Shown here: positions 1-8,397 of the stretch, one piece after another
Layout: the number at the start of each line of letters is the position of its first letter
Numbering within the stretch: position 1 is the stretch's first letter
Source of the DNA: an uncultured Opitutales bacterium
Lineage (GTDB): Bacteria; Verrucomicrobiota; Verrucomicrobiia; Opitutales; CAJWYM01
Length of the DNA stretch: 47,390 bases
Assembly (NCBI GenBank): GCA_963924785.1
Contig: CAWUTK010000076.1
Location: forward strand, 1-47,390
Direction of reading: 5' to 3'
The notes under the pieces: model-generated
Seen by the model: the letters and a program-made list of their open reading frames with translations, nothing else
The model's database searches: none
What the model was told of the DNA's origin: nothing
Translations under genes and position numbers: made by a program

Positions 1-1877
1 TGAATTTTTAACCATTCTTTCCCGTCGCCAATATCAGTTTGATAGATTGGTGTTACTTCGCCAAGGCTGTGTTCTCTTGCAACTGTTGCAATGTCAGCGT
101 GACTGAGCTTTTTATCAAAAATAACCGTGACTTCATCTCCACCAGTGAACTCAATACCGAATATGGTATCGCGCTTCTGGTAGGCACCAAAAATTCCAAT
201 GAGAACGACGATCCAAGAAAGGGCAAAAGCTACCTTGCGATAGCTGAGGAAGTCGATCGCAGATGATTTGAATAGATTCATTGCTAAAATACTTTTCATT
301 CCCAATGTCCCTACTGCAAAATCAAGAATCATACGACTGATAATGAGAGAGCAGAACATCGAAGCTGAGATACCGATTGCTAAGGTAACTCCAAATCCTT
401 TAACGGGACCGGTTCCTAGCCAAATAAGAATAGATGCTGTGATTAATGTTGTTACATTAGCGTCAATAATCGTTGAAAAAGCTTTTTCGTAACCCCCAAT
501 TAAGGCGGTCTTAATCGATTTCCCGGATTTCAATTCTTCGCGAATACGTTCGAAAATCAAAACGTTTGCATCAACCGCCATGCCGATAGTTAAAACCATT
601 GCGGCAATGCCCGGTAGTGTGATGGTGGCTCTGATACTTGCAAGCACACCTAATACGATGACAATATTTACTAGGACTGAAATCACAGCGGCAATACCAC
701 CAATGCCATAGTAAAGTAGCATAAATCCAGCCACTAACCCAGCGCCCCACATGGATGCTTTGATACTGCTGTCTTGGGCATCTTCTGCCATTGTTGGGCT
801 CACTTCATATTTTTCTCCAACTACCAGAGGAACGTCTAATGGGTTATTTAATACGTTTGCAAGTTCCATGGCTTCACGCTGCGTGAATGTTCCAGTAATT
901 CTTCCGCTTCTACTAATTACCACTTGAACGGATGGGGCACTATATAGCTTTCCATCAAGAACAATTGCCAATCTGCCCGCAGAACCGTTTGAATTCTCTT
1001 CGACAATGCCACTTGTTATTTTCTTAAATTGATTTCCTCCCTCAGATGTGAAATCCATGATGACCTGAAATCCACCGGTGTCCGTTTGAGTTGCGTAAGC
1101 ACTTTCAATTATGTCGCCAGTTGCTTCAGGGAGACGTTTAACAAAGAGAGGTTCTTCTGTTGTGGCGCCTGTTTTAAAATCTTCTTGTTCATTAATTAAC
1201 ACTTCGTAACTGACAGGGAATTTATCAACTGACATGTTGCGAGGTGATAACGAGCGGTGAACGAGTCGAAACTCAAGACGTGCTGGTTTTTGTAGTGTTG
1301 AAAGGAGCTCCGGATTTTGACGAGTGGATTTCCCTGGCAACAAGACTTCAACCGCATCATCTCCTCGAATTCTGATAGTCGGCTCTGAAACACCTAGGCC
1401 GTTGAGCCGTTGACTCATGATTTCGACAACTTTCTTGAGTTGTTCTTCTCGGACAAAATCGCTTTTCTGGTCGATGTTACTTTCGTCAAGTTTAAGCGTA
1501 AATGCGACACCGCCATTAAGGTCTAGGCCATATTTAAGTGCGCTTTGAGCATCCATTAAAAGTCTTCTAAGGATGATGTTGTTACGTTTGTTTTGTTGAC
1601 GAACATCCCTCACGTTTAGTTCTGGGAAGAAGGGTGCGTAATCGTAAGCTTTTTCTTCACCCAGATCTCTGAGTGCAAGGAAAAGTGTTTTGCTTTGTTT
1701 TTCCTCAACTCTTTTGTCTGCCTCTTCTAGGATTTTACCAAAGGCTATTTGGTCGTATGTGTTTTGGTCGACTAAGAACTCACGATAGGGTTGTTCCTTT
1801 AGAGGAGATAAATTTAAAAGAGCCCAAGCCAAAACGGTGCAGGAAACTAACAATTTGGTGAATATATTATTATTCAT
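1..1877 (-). CDS. secDF: Protein-export membrane protein SecDF (fused SecD-SecF), N-terminal 625 codons; the 3' end runs off the left edge of the window
   Basis: Absent from the supplied ORF track because it has no stop inside the window. Manual translation of the minus strand from the ATG at 1875..1877 gives an uninterrupted frame, MNNNIFTKLLVSCTVLAWALL... It carries SecD hallmarks (LDLNGGVAFTL, GVSEPTIRIRGDDAVEVLLPG, LAIVLDGKLYSAPSV, TLPGIAAMVLTIGMAVDANVLIFERIREE). These are followed by the start of SecF (IDFLSYRKVAF, GIEFTGGDEV). It lies directly downstream of yajC, the canonical order. Confidence 0.9.
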   Translation of the reverse strand, partial: MNNNIFTKLLVSCTVLAWALLNLSPLKEQPYREFLVDQNTYDQIAFGKILEEADKRVEEKQSKTLFLALRDLGEEKAYDYAPFFPELNVRDVRQQNKRNNIILRRLLMDAQSALKYGLDLNGGVAFTLKLDESNIDQKSDFVREEQLKKVVEIMSQRLNGLGVSEPTIRIRGDDAVEVLLPGKSTRQNPELLSTLQKPARLEFRLVHRSLSPRNMSVDKFPVSYEVLINEQEDFKTGATTEEPLFVKRLPEATGDIIESAYATQTDTGGFQVIMDFTSEGGNQFKKITSGIVEENSNGSAGRLAIVLDGKLYSAPSVQVVISRSGRITGTFTQREAMELANVLNNPLDVPLVVGEKYEVSPTMAEDAQDSSIKASMWGAGLVAGFMLLYYGIGGIAAVISVLVNIVIVLGVLASIRATITLPGIAAMVLTIGMAVDANVLIFERIREELKSGKSIKTALIGGYEKAFSTIIDANVTTLITASILIWLGTGPVKGFGVTLAIGISASMFCSLIISRMILDFAVGTLGMKSILAMNLFKSSAIDFLSYRKVAFALSWIVVLIGIFGAYQKRDTIFGIEFTGGDEVTVIFDKKLSHADIATVAREHSLGEVTPIYQTDIGDGKEWLKI

Positions 1878-1926
1878 TATTTAACTTTTGATTGACGATG
1901 AAATAGATTGCCACGTAGGTGTGGTT

Positions 1927-2253
1927 TTATTTTTCGTCTTCTTTTTCTTTTTTAATTTTTTTAGAAACAGCACTTTTGTCTAATTCGATCCGAGTGTTGT
2001 CAGAAATTTTTACAATTAAACGTTCATTTTTAGCACTGATAACAGTTCCATAAATACCCCCGTTTGTCATGATTTGGTCACCAGCGCTGATCGCTTTTAA
2101 CATTTTATCCTGTTCCTTTTGCCTTTTACGTTGAGGGGCAACTAACAGGAACCACATTCCGACGAGCAACAATACTGGAAACAGCAATTGCATCATTGGG
2201 TTTGGTGGTTGTTGTGCTAAAATTTGAAAAAAGAAAGTATGACTTTCCTGCAT
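1927..2253 (-). CDS. yajC: Preprotein translocase subunit YajC
   Basis: A single TM segment followed by LVAPQRKRQKEQDKMLKAISAGDQIMTNGGIYGTVISAKNERLIVKISDNTRIEL, which matches the YajC consensus. The true start may be the internal Met pair near 2196. Confidence 0.85.
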   Translation of the reverse strand: MQESHTFFFQILAQQPPNPMMQLLFPVLLLVGMWFLLVAPQRKRQKEQDKMLKAISAGDQIMTNGGIYGTVISAKNERLIVKISDNTRIELDKSAVSKKIKKEKEDEK

Positions 2254-2492
2254 AATATTATGTTGTTTGAATTGAATGAATTGTTTCCAAAATCGTAAGT
2301 GATTAAAGTGATTCGATGATAGGTTTGAAACGTGTCGCTGTTTAGATCATACAACATAGCTTCCTATGATATATGGAAATCACAACTCATTTTATTCAAA
2401 CATTTTAACAAATTTTGTGCTTTAATTCATTCACGGATTTAGAATGTAAATAAGGGGTACAACTATCTAGTAAATTTCTGAAAAAACAAGAC

Positions 2493-3530
2493 TTATTTCC
2501 GCCAAGCTGCATTATTGTGAGTCAACGAGATAGAGTGTTTCGGTTGATCTAAATTAATGGGGATATTCCAGACGGTACCGATTGATCCAATAGGGACCAT
2601 CCCCAGTATAAAATACTGACCTTCTTCTATGTCGTTAAAAGAGCTCAATCCCTTAGAATTAGTCCTCACTTTTTTAACGCAATTTTCGAGGATAATCCTC
2701 CGTAGCTTTGAGGCTATACCAGGGAATAATTTCCGATCATTTGTTGCGAGGCACCAAAGTTCGTAAATGGAGAGGTTCAGATATTCATTGGATAGATCAC
2801 TGGGTTGGATTAGAATGTTTATATCTTCTTTCATGAGATAGAAATCGGTGAGAAAAGCATCCGTTTTTACCCCGTTTCTAGCTAATGAAGAAGCACTTAT
2901 ACTGATTGAAGAAAAAGAGATCGTTTTGTTTTCTTCTTTTTCAAGATCGGTCTTTTTTTCGTTTTCCAAAGCTTTGGTTGGAGTGATTGTTCGTTTTTTA
3001 TTTAGAAAGTCTGCCACTTTTTGTTCACTCGAATTTCTGACCGGGATAATGTCATCTTCTGTGTTGGGATTTGAGCGATCCCCAAATTTTTGTGAAAGTT
3101 GCTTTGTGGCGTTGGATCCGATTTGTTCGTATTGAGAAAGCCTCAACTGAAGGTGATTGTTTTCTCTCTGTAGGATAATGATCCGTTTTTTAAAAAACGC
3201 GGAGGCACCAAAAAATTTAGATTCACGGTCTTTGAGTTGATTGATTTCTTTATCTTTTAAAGAAAGACTTAAATTGGTTGTTTCTTTTTCTTTTTTAAGT
3301 GCAGTGATTATGGTTGTTAATTTATCAAACTCCTGTTTGAGCTTTTGGTTTTGGCCGTCCCAGAAGAAAAATTTATCATCTCTGATTTGCCAACCACCGT
3401 CATCTGTTCCAGTTTTCGCCTGTTTCGTTTGCCCGAGCATGGAGAGGGGAGAAAGTAGAGTCAGATTGACTAGAAGGAGCAGGACGTTACGTTTCCAATA
3501 CTTTGGGTTAATTTTTGATTTGGGGTTCAT
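2493..3530 (-). CDS. Hypothetical exported or anchored coiled-coil protein (hydrophobic N-terminus, about 100 aa heptad-like helix, globular C-terminal domain)
   Basis: The track ORF 2493..3686 overlaps exbD by about 140 nt. The internal ATG at 3528..3530 gives MNPKSKINPKYWKRNVLLLLVNLTLLSPLSMLGQ (signal or anchor) and starts 14 nt after the exbD stop. The coiled-coil stretch is EFDKLTTIITALKKEKETTNLSLSLKDKEINQLKDRE...LQRENNHLQLRLSQYEQ. No family recognised. Confidence 0.55.
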   Translation of the reverse strand: MNPKSKINPKYWKRNVLLLLVNLTLLSPLSMLGQTKQAKTGTDDGGWQIRDDKFFFWDGQNQKLKQEFDKLTTIITALKKEKETTNLSLSLKDKEINQLKDRESKFFGASAFFKKRIIILQRENNHLQLRLSQYEQIGSNATKQLSQKFGDRSNPNTEDDIIPVRNSSEQKVADFLNKKRTITPTKALENEKKTDLEKEENKTISFSSISISASSLARNGVKTDAFLTDFYLMKEDINILIQPSDLSNEYLNLSIYELWCLATNDRKLFPGIASKLRRIILENCVKKVRTNSKGLSSFNDIEEGQYFILGMVPIGSIGTVWNIPINLDQPKHSISLTHNNAAWRK

Positions 3531-3543
3531 AAGGGGCTGTATA

Positions 3544-3987
3544 TTATAGGGTTTCGTCCTGGAGGGAAAAATGGATAGACGTGATATTTGCTGAAGAACA
3601 GGCGTCCATAACTTTGACGATGGAGTCGAAATGAGAACTATCTTCGGGAGCGATAGTGATGGTTGATGCCACTTGATTACTGTCACATGTTTGCTTGAAT
3701 TGAGTCAGTAGGTTTTTTAACTCAGGAAATGAAGTTGATGCAGGGGAATCGTATTGAAATTCGTTCACTACAATTTGACCGTTACTTTTTATTTCAATAA
3801 TTTGTTCATCTGGGATTTCTAAAGGGCTTGATTGTGTGATTGTTCCAGGAAGCTGGAACGATAGGGAGCCTTCTTGTTTAAGCATCGTAGATGAGACTAG
3901 AAAATAGATCAGTAGTAGGAATACGCAGTCAATCATGGGGGAGATTGGGATTTCGACCTTTTCTTGTTCTTTTTTATTTCTTCTCAT
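3544..3987 (-). CDS. exbD: Biopolymer transport protein ExbD/TolR family
   Basis: N-terminal basic stretch followed by the ExbD signature ISPMIDCVFLLLIYFLV, then a periplasmic domain. Overlaps the upstream exbD paralogue by 14 nt. Confidence 0.85.
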   Translation of the reverse strand: MRRNKKEQEKVEIPISPMIDCVFLLLIYFLVSSTMLKQEGSLSFQLPGTITQSSPLEIPDEQIIEIKSNGQIVVNEFQYDSPASTSFPELKNLLTQFKQTCDSNQVASTITIAPEDSSHFDSIVKVMDACSSANITSIHFSLQDETL

Positions 3988-4381
3988 AAGTAGAATAAAG
4001 AATATCTGAGAAGTTGAATTTTTCGCAAAGTTTTAAAATTTTTTTGATGGAAGCATATTCGACTTCCTTTCCTGCTCGAATGCAAATGGTTGAGTGCTTG
4101 TTTATTGTCGTTTGTTTTTCAAAAGCATTTCTTAATTCTTGGAAACTAATTGGTGTTTTACCTAAATAGACACCCTTCATGAGTGAGATAGTGAGTGCTT
4201 GTGCTTTTTTCTCTTCAGTATTTGAAAAGGCAGATTCAGGTAGATTGATTTTTATGTTATTTTCAGCTTGGCTAAGGGAGCTCACACACATGAAAAAGAC
4301 AAGAAGCAGAAATACCATGTCAATCATGGGAGCCATTTGAAAATCGACTTCGGTGTTTTTTTTCCGCCGTTTGGGGTTCAT
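3974..4381 (-). CDS. exbD: Biopolymer transport protein ExbD/TolR family
   Basis: MNPKRRKKNTEVDFQMAPMIDMVFLLLVFFM is the classic ExbD/TolR N-terminus. Size is 135 aa. Confidence 0.85.
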   Translation of the reverse strand: MNPKRRKKNTEVDFQMAPMIDMVFLLLVFFMCVSSLSQAENNIKINLPESAFSNTEEKKAQALTISLMKGVYLGKTPISFQELRNAFEKQTTINKHSTICIRAGKEVEYASIKKILKLCEKFNFSDILYSTYEKK

Positions 4382-4419
4382 GTTGTTATGAATTAAAGAA
4401 GCAATAGGGGAATCGTCGA

Positions 4420-5217
4420 TTATTGCATGAGCTTGTGTTCAATCAGCTTGCCATGCTCGTATGTTGATTCGAACATTTGGATTTTTATTCCAGCTTTATT
4501 TTCTTCCCATTCTTCCCATTCGCCATGAGGCTTTCCGTTTTCATAATGCCTTAAGGTTTTCATCATGAATTTCCCGTGTAAAAAATGGTTGAATTGAAAA
4601 TGTACCCAATCGTTGGATTCTTGTGAGGGATGACTTGGGAAATCTCCTTGTTTTGCTTTTTCTCTGGCTTCGACTTGAAGGCCTACCCAAGTTTCGGCTT
4701 TTTCCTCATGATGTTCGCCGTCTTCAGCTTCTTCTCCATGTCCGCCTCCCTCAGAATCTTCATGCTTTTTGTTTATGGGTGTAGTAGACCACACTTTTTG
4801 ACTGCCTTGTAGGAGTCCGTTTTGATATTTATACTCGTAAGCGATGATTCCAAGAGGAGTCCACTTTTTGGAATTTCCATCCAAGAGTCCATTTTTGAAA
4901 TCCCTAAGGTACCTCATTTGACCACCGTCGTAACGCGAAACGGCTTGACCTGTAAAAGCGAGGACTTCGTTGTTTTCGACATCCTTGAATGTGCCGTTTG
5001 CATTTTTTCTGTAAAAGCGAAAATTTTCAATATTATCCCATTTTCCATTCTCGTTTTGGTCGTAAAAACGTTCGCCTTCATCAGGAACCCCATTTCCATT
5101 AGAATCTATTACTTTTTCTTTGTAGTGTAATGTTAGCTCTGCAAGAGATACTTCTTCTTCGTTACAGCCAACTAGCGTGAATACAATAAGTAAGGGTATT
5201 ATGAATTTTCGAAACAT
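4420..5217 (-). CDS. Lipoprotein with EF-hand-like loops, MORN-variant (YwqK-like) repeats and a His/Glu-rich insert
   Basis: Lipobox LVGC at residues 15-18. Two DxNxNGxxDxxE loops (DSNGNGVPDEGE, DQNENGKWDNIE). Repeats of the type FKNGLLDGNSKKW, YQNGLLQGSQKVW, YENGKPHGEWEEW, YEHGKL. Insert KHEDSEGGGHGEEAEDGEHHEEK. Confidence 0.7.
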   Translation of the reverse strand: MFRKFIIPLLIVFTLVGCNEEEVSLAELTLHYKEKVIDSNGNGVPDEGERFYDQNENGKWDNIENFRFYRKNANGTFKDVENNEVLAFTGQAVSRYDGGQMRYLRDFKNGLLDGNSKKWTPLGIIAYEYKYQNGLLQGSQKVWSTTPINKKHEDSEGGGHGEEAEDGEHHEEKAETWVGLQVEAREKAKQGDFPSHPSQESNDWVHFQFNHFLHGKFMMKTLRHYENGKPHGEWEEWEENKAGIKIQMFESTYEHGKLIEHKLMQ

Positions 5218-5390
5218 GGTTTGAAGACTAAATTTTTTAGGACCTTTAACAAGTACAATTCTGCTTCATTTCGGGAAATTATTATAGATATGTAGCTTAA
5301 TGTTCATTGGATCTAGTTAAAATGGCCTAAATATGGAACGCTTACGATTTGGATTTACATCTATTTTGAAAGCAATAGTTTTAATGGCCT

Positions 5391-6284
5391 ATGAAACAAG
5401 ACCTTCCGTTAGAAAAAATATTGGATCAAGGAAAAAAAATATTTTCCGTAGAGTTCTTTCCGCCAAAATCAGATGCCATGGGCGAACAGTTGATCAAGGC
5501 TGCAGAGAAGATAAAACCGTTAAATCCAGATTTTGTAACAATTACTTATGGAGCGGGTGGAAGCACTCGACAGCGAACACTTGATTACGCCTGTAAACTA
5601 AAGGATGAAGTGGGTTTTTCCGTTATGCCTCATTTGACTTGTGTGGGCCATTCTAAGGCAGAATTATTAGATATTTTGAAGAGCTTCCATGATACTGGTT
5701 TTAAAAACATCATGGCTTTGCGGGGAGATCCGCCAAAGGGGGAAACGAATTTTAAGCCACACCCAGAAGGACTTGCCTATGCATCGGAATTGGTCGCTTT
5801 AATAAAAGAAAATTATCCTGAATTTAGCCTAGGGGTTGCCGGTTACCCCGAAAAACATATGGAAGCTGTTGATCTACAATCGGATATATCTAGTTTGGCT
5901 CACAAGGTTTCGCAGGGGGCGTCTTTTGTTACGACGCAACTGTTTTTCGATAACCAGTATTATTTTAAATATGTGGAACTTTGCAAAGAGGCAGGTATTT
6001 CAATTCCTATTTTACCAGGGATACTTCCTGCGTTGTCTCTAGATCAATTGAGGAAATTTTGCTCTTTTGGCGGAAGCAGTATTCCTGCAGAGTTAGAATC
6101 TCGCTTAACTGCAGTTGCTGGAAATAAAGAGCAAGAAGCAGAAGTGGGTGAAACTTGGGCTTTTGAGCAAATAAAAGAACTGCTGGAGCGCGGAGCGCCA
6201 GGTGTCCATTTCTATATTCTTAATCGCTCAAAAACCGTTTGTTCTCTTATGCAACGGCTGAAAGACAGTGGAATTGAAATTTAA
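5391..6284 (+). CDS. metF: 5,10-methylenetetrahydrofolate reductase
   Basis: SVEFFPPKS, VTITYGAGGSTR, HLTCVG, ALRGDPP and GVAGYPEKH motifs. 297 aa, typical bacterial MetF length. Confidence 0.92.
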   Translation: MKQDLPLEKILDQGKKIFSVEFFPPKSDAMGEQLIKAAEKIKPLNPDFVTITYGAGGSTRQRTLDYACKLKDEVGFSVMPHLTCVGHSKAELLDILKSFHDTGFKNIMALRGDPPKGETNFKPHPEGLAYASELVALIKENYPEFSLGVAGYPEKHMEAVDLQSDISSLAHKVSQGASFVTTQLFFDNQYYFKYVELCKEAGISIPILPGILPALSLDQLRKFCSFGGSSIPAELESRLTAVAGNKEQEAEVGETWAFEQIKELLERGAPGVHFYILNRSKTVCSLMQRLKDSGIEI

Positions 6285-7216
6285 AGCGATCCGTTAACAA
6301 GTGCTTTAAGTGCTGTAATGTACTTAGCTTTAGTTTTTTCAACGACTTCTTTAGGTAATGCAGGACCGGGAGCGGTTTTATTCCAGTCTAGCCCATTTAG
6401 GTAATCACGGACAAATTGTTTATCGAAACTTGCTTGTCCTCTGCCTGGTTCGTAATCATTTGCTGGCCAATATCTAGAGGAATCAGGTGTGAAAATCTCA
6501 TCAATTAGAATTAATTTCCCGGCATTATCTAAGCCAAATTCAAATTTTGTATCAGCTAAAATAATACCCGCTTTTTCGGCAATTCCACTCGCTCTGTTGA
6601 AGAGGTCGATGCTGATGTCCTCCACTTTTTGGCCAATTTCTTCACCGACGACTTTACGTGATTCTTCACGAGTGACTGGCATATCATGCCCTTCAGATGC
6701 TTTTGTTGTAGGGGTGTAAAGCGGTGAAGGCAACTTGCTGCTTTCTTGTAATCCGGCAGGTAATTTGAATTCGAAAAGCTGACCCGTTTCTTGATAATCT
6801 TTCCAGCCGCTACCAGCTAAATAACTTCTTATAATTGCTTCAATTTCAAGAGGTTTGAGCTTTTTGACGATCATGCTACGAGGGATTAACTCGGGATGAT
6901 CTTTAAGTGTTTCTTTTAGGACTTCTTGGTGATTTTCAACGAGATGGTGCTCGATAATATCCTCCATTTGATCGAACCAGAATAAACTGACTTGTGTAAG
7001 TATTACGCCTTTTCCTGGGATGCCGTTGGGAAGAACGACATCAAAGGCTGACATGCGGTCACTTGCAATAATGAGTAAATTTTCGCCTAGATCATAGATT
7101 TCTCTAACTTTACCTGATCCAATTTTAGGATAAGGCAGTCCTTTTATTTCAAGAATTCCTTCATCTCCGAGATTGTCTATGAGTTTAATGGTTTCTTCTT
7201 TTGAAAAATTATTCAT
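6281..7216 (-). CDS. purC: Phosphoribosylaminoimidazole-succinocarboxamide (SAICAR) synthase
   Basis: GKVREIYD, ASDRMSAFD, ILADTKFEFG and LIDEIFTPDSSRYW are hallmark PurC motifs of the long type. 311 aa. Confidence 0.93.
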   Translation of the reverse strand: MNNFSKEETIKLIDNLGDEGILEIKGLPYPKIGSGKVREIYDLGENLLIIASDRMSAFDVVLPNGIPGKGVILTQVSLFWFDQMEDIIEHHLVENHQEVLKETLKDHPELIPRSMIVKKLKPLEIEAIIRSYLAGSGWKDYQETGQLFEFKLPAGLQESSKLPSPLYTPTTKASEGHDMPVTREESRKVVGEEIGQKVEDISIDLFNRASGIAEKAGIILADTKFEFGLDNAGKLILIDEIFTPDSSRYWPANDYEPGRGQASFDKQFVRDYLNGLDWNKTAPGPALPKEVVEKTKAKYITALKALVNGSL

Positions 7217-7284
7217 AATTGTTATACAAATAAAATGTTCATTTGAAGCAACATGTTTTTAGAAATATTCAAAAGGATTAGCTC

Positions 7285-7590
7285 ATGCCCCAAGTAGAAA
7301 AATTTATTCAAGACAGTCCGTTTTTTGCTTTATTGCCGAAGAAATGGGAATTTCATTCAAAAAGTACAAGTGCTTATTCGGCAACTCACACCCATTCATT
7401 AAAAACTAAAATATATTATCACCATTTAAGTGATCCTATAAACAGGGATAGAGTGTTTCAGGATAAAGTGCTGATCTCTTATGGAATTTTAGGGAATAGA
7501 TACGAAATATATTCTGTACGTGATATTTTTAATGCCCATTATTCCTTTAGCCAAGAGGCATATCGTTATTCTGGAAAGCAAGTCGGGTAA
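7285..7590 (+). CDS. Hypothetical protein, possibly the 5' part of a frameshifted gene continuing in 7520..8002
   Basis: ORF only, no recognisable family. It overlaps the next ORF by 71 nt in another frame. See the finding for this region. Confidence 0.35.
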   Translation: MPQVEKFIQDSPFFALLPKKWEFHSKSTSAYSATHTHSLKTKIYYHHLSDPINRDRVFQDKVLISYGILGNRYEIYSVRDIFNAHYSFSQEAYRYSGKQVG

Positions 7591-8002
7591 AATTGATATT
7601 GAACCGAAGAAGCTCTTTGGGAAATTGTTTAAACCGCTTCGGCAATTGTTTCCTGGTGCCCAATTTACTTATGTTTTATTTGCAGAGGCGGATTATTTGT
7701 TTGATAAGAAGTACCGTTCTTATCGGATGTTGGGAAAAATTCCTAAGCAGATTTTTAAGGAGCTAGCAAAGCATAAAATCCCAACTTTGTTTTTTAACTT
7801 CACTGAAACGGAATCAAATTTCAGAGGTATGTGCGACCACTTGATTCTGACAAGTAAGGCATTATCTAAAGATGCGGTTAATGTAAAAGGGTATGTTGAA
7901 ATAGATAAAGAAGAAATCGTAATATTTAGTGAAACAAGCAAGAGTCCATATTTAAAATTACTTAAAGATCCTGTTCTGGGCACTTATCGTGTAGTTGACT
8001 AA
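7520..8002 (+). CDS. Hypothetical protein (GTG start at 7520 or ATG at 7532), possibly the 3' part of a frameshifted gene
   Basis: 160-aa ORF with no recognisable family. This frame opens only after the stop at 7490..7492. Confidence 0.45.
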   Translation: MIFLMPIIPLAKRHIVILESKSGKIDIEPKKLFGKLFKPLRQLFPGAQFTYVLFAEADYLFDKKYRSYRMLGKIPKQIFKELAKHKIPTLFFNFTETESNFRGMCDHLILTSKALSKDAVNVKGYVEIDKEEIVIFSETSKSPYLKLLKDPVLGTYRVVD

Positions 8003-8049
8003 TGTACTTAATACTGAAATTATAAGAAACTAATTTTTAAAAGACACAA

Positions 8050-8397
8050 ATGAGCCAAAGAATCACTAGACTGAATGAACTCTTTTTAAGAGACGTAAAT
8101 GATATATTGCGGACAAAATTTCAAACAGAGGCGGTTTATATTACTGCTCAAGGAGTGAAGATATCTCATGATTTGAAAAGCGGGAAAGTGTTTTATTCTG
8201 TTTTGGGTGAAACTGAAAACAGTGAACATGCTCGGGCATTTTTTAAGCAAAATGCGAAGGAAATACGTTTTCAATTGGGCAAGCGTATTGTTTTAAAATA
8301 CATGCCCTTGTTGCGCTATGTAGAAGATGATTCCATCGTGAAGGGGAATTTAGTGCTAGAGACTTTAGATGAAATAGAGAGCACTAATGAAGATTAA
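8050..8397 (+). CDS. rbfA: Ribosome-binding factor A
   Basis: RITRLNELFLRDVNDIL...ITAQGVKISHDLKSGKVFYSVLG...LRYVED matches the RbfA fold signature. 115 aa, upstream of truB as usual. Confidence 0.9.
   Translation: MSQRITRLNELFLRDVNDILRTKFQTEAVYITAQGVKISHDLKSGKVFYSVLGETENSEHARAFFKQNAKEIRFQLGKRIVLKYMPLLRYVEDDSIVKGNLVLETLDEIESTNED

Noticed and set aside
39-492. Plus-strand ORFs 39..266 and 268..492 (75 and 74 aa), and minus-strand ORF 1196..1393
   Set aside because: They lie inside the uninterrupted secDF reading frame, either antisense or out of frame. Their products are low-complexity with no recognisable motifs, so they are shadow ORFs.
2848-3549. Plus-strand ORFs 2848..3135 and 3241..3549
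   Set aside because: They are antisense to the coiled-coil protein gene. Their Phe/Ser/Leu-rich products mirror the Lys/Glu-rich sense strand.
5218-5390. Looked for a SAM/SAH-type riboswitch upstream of metF
   Set aside because: I saw no convincing conserved core or stem architecture, only weak 4-bp pairings. A covariance-model scan would be needed before any call.
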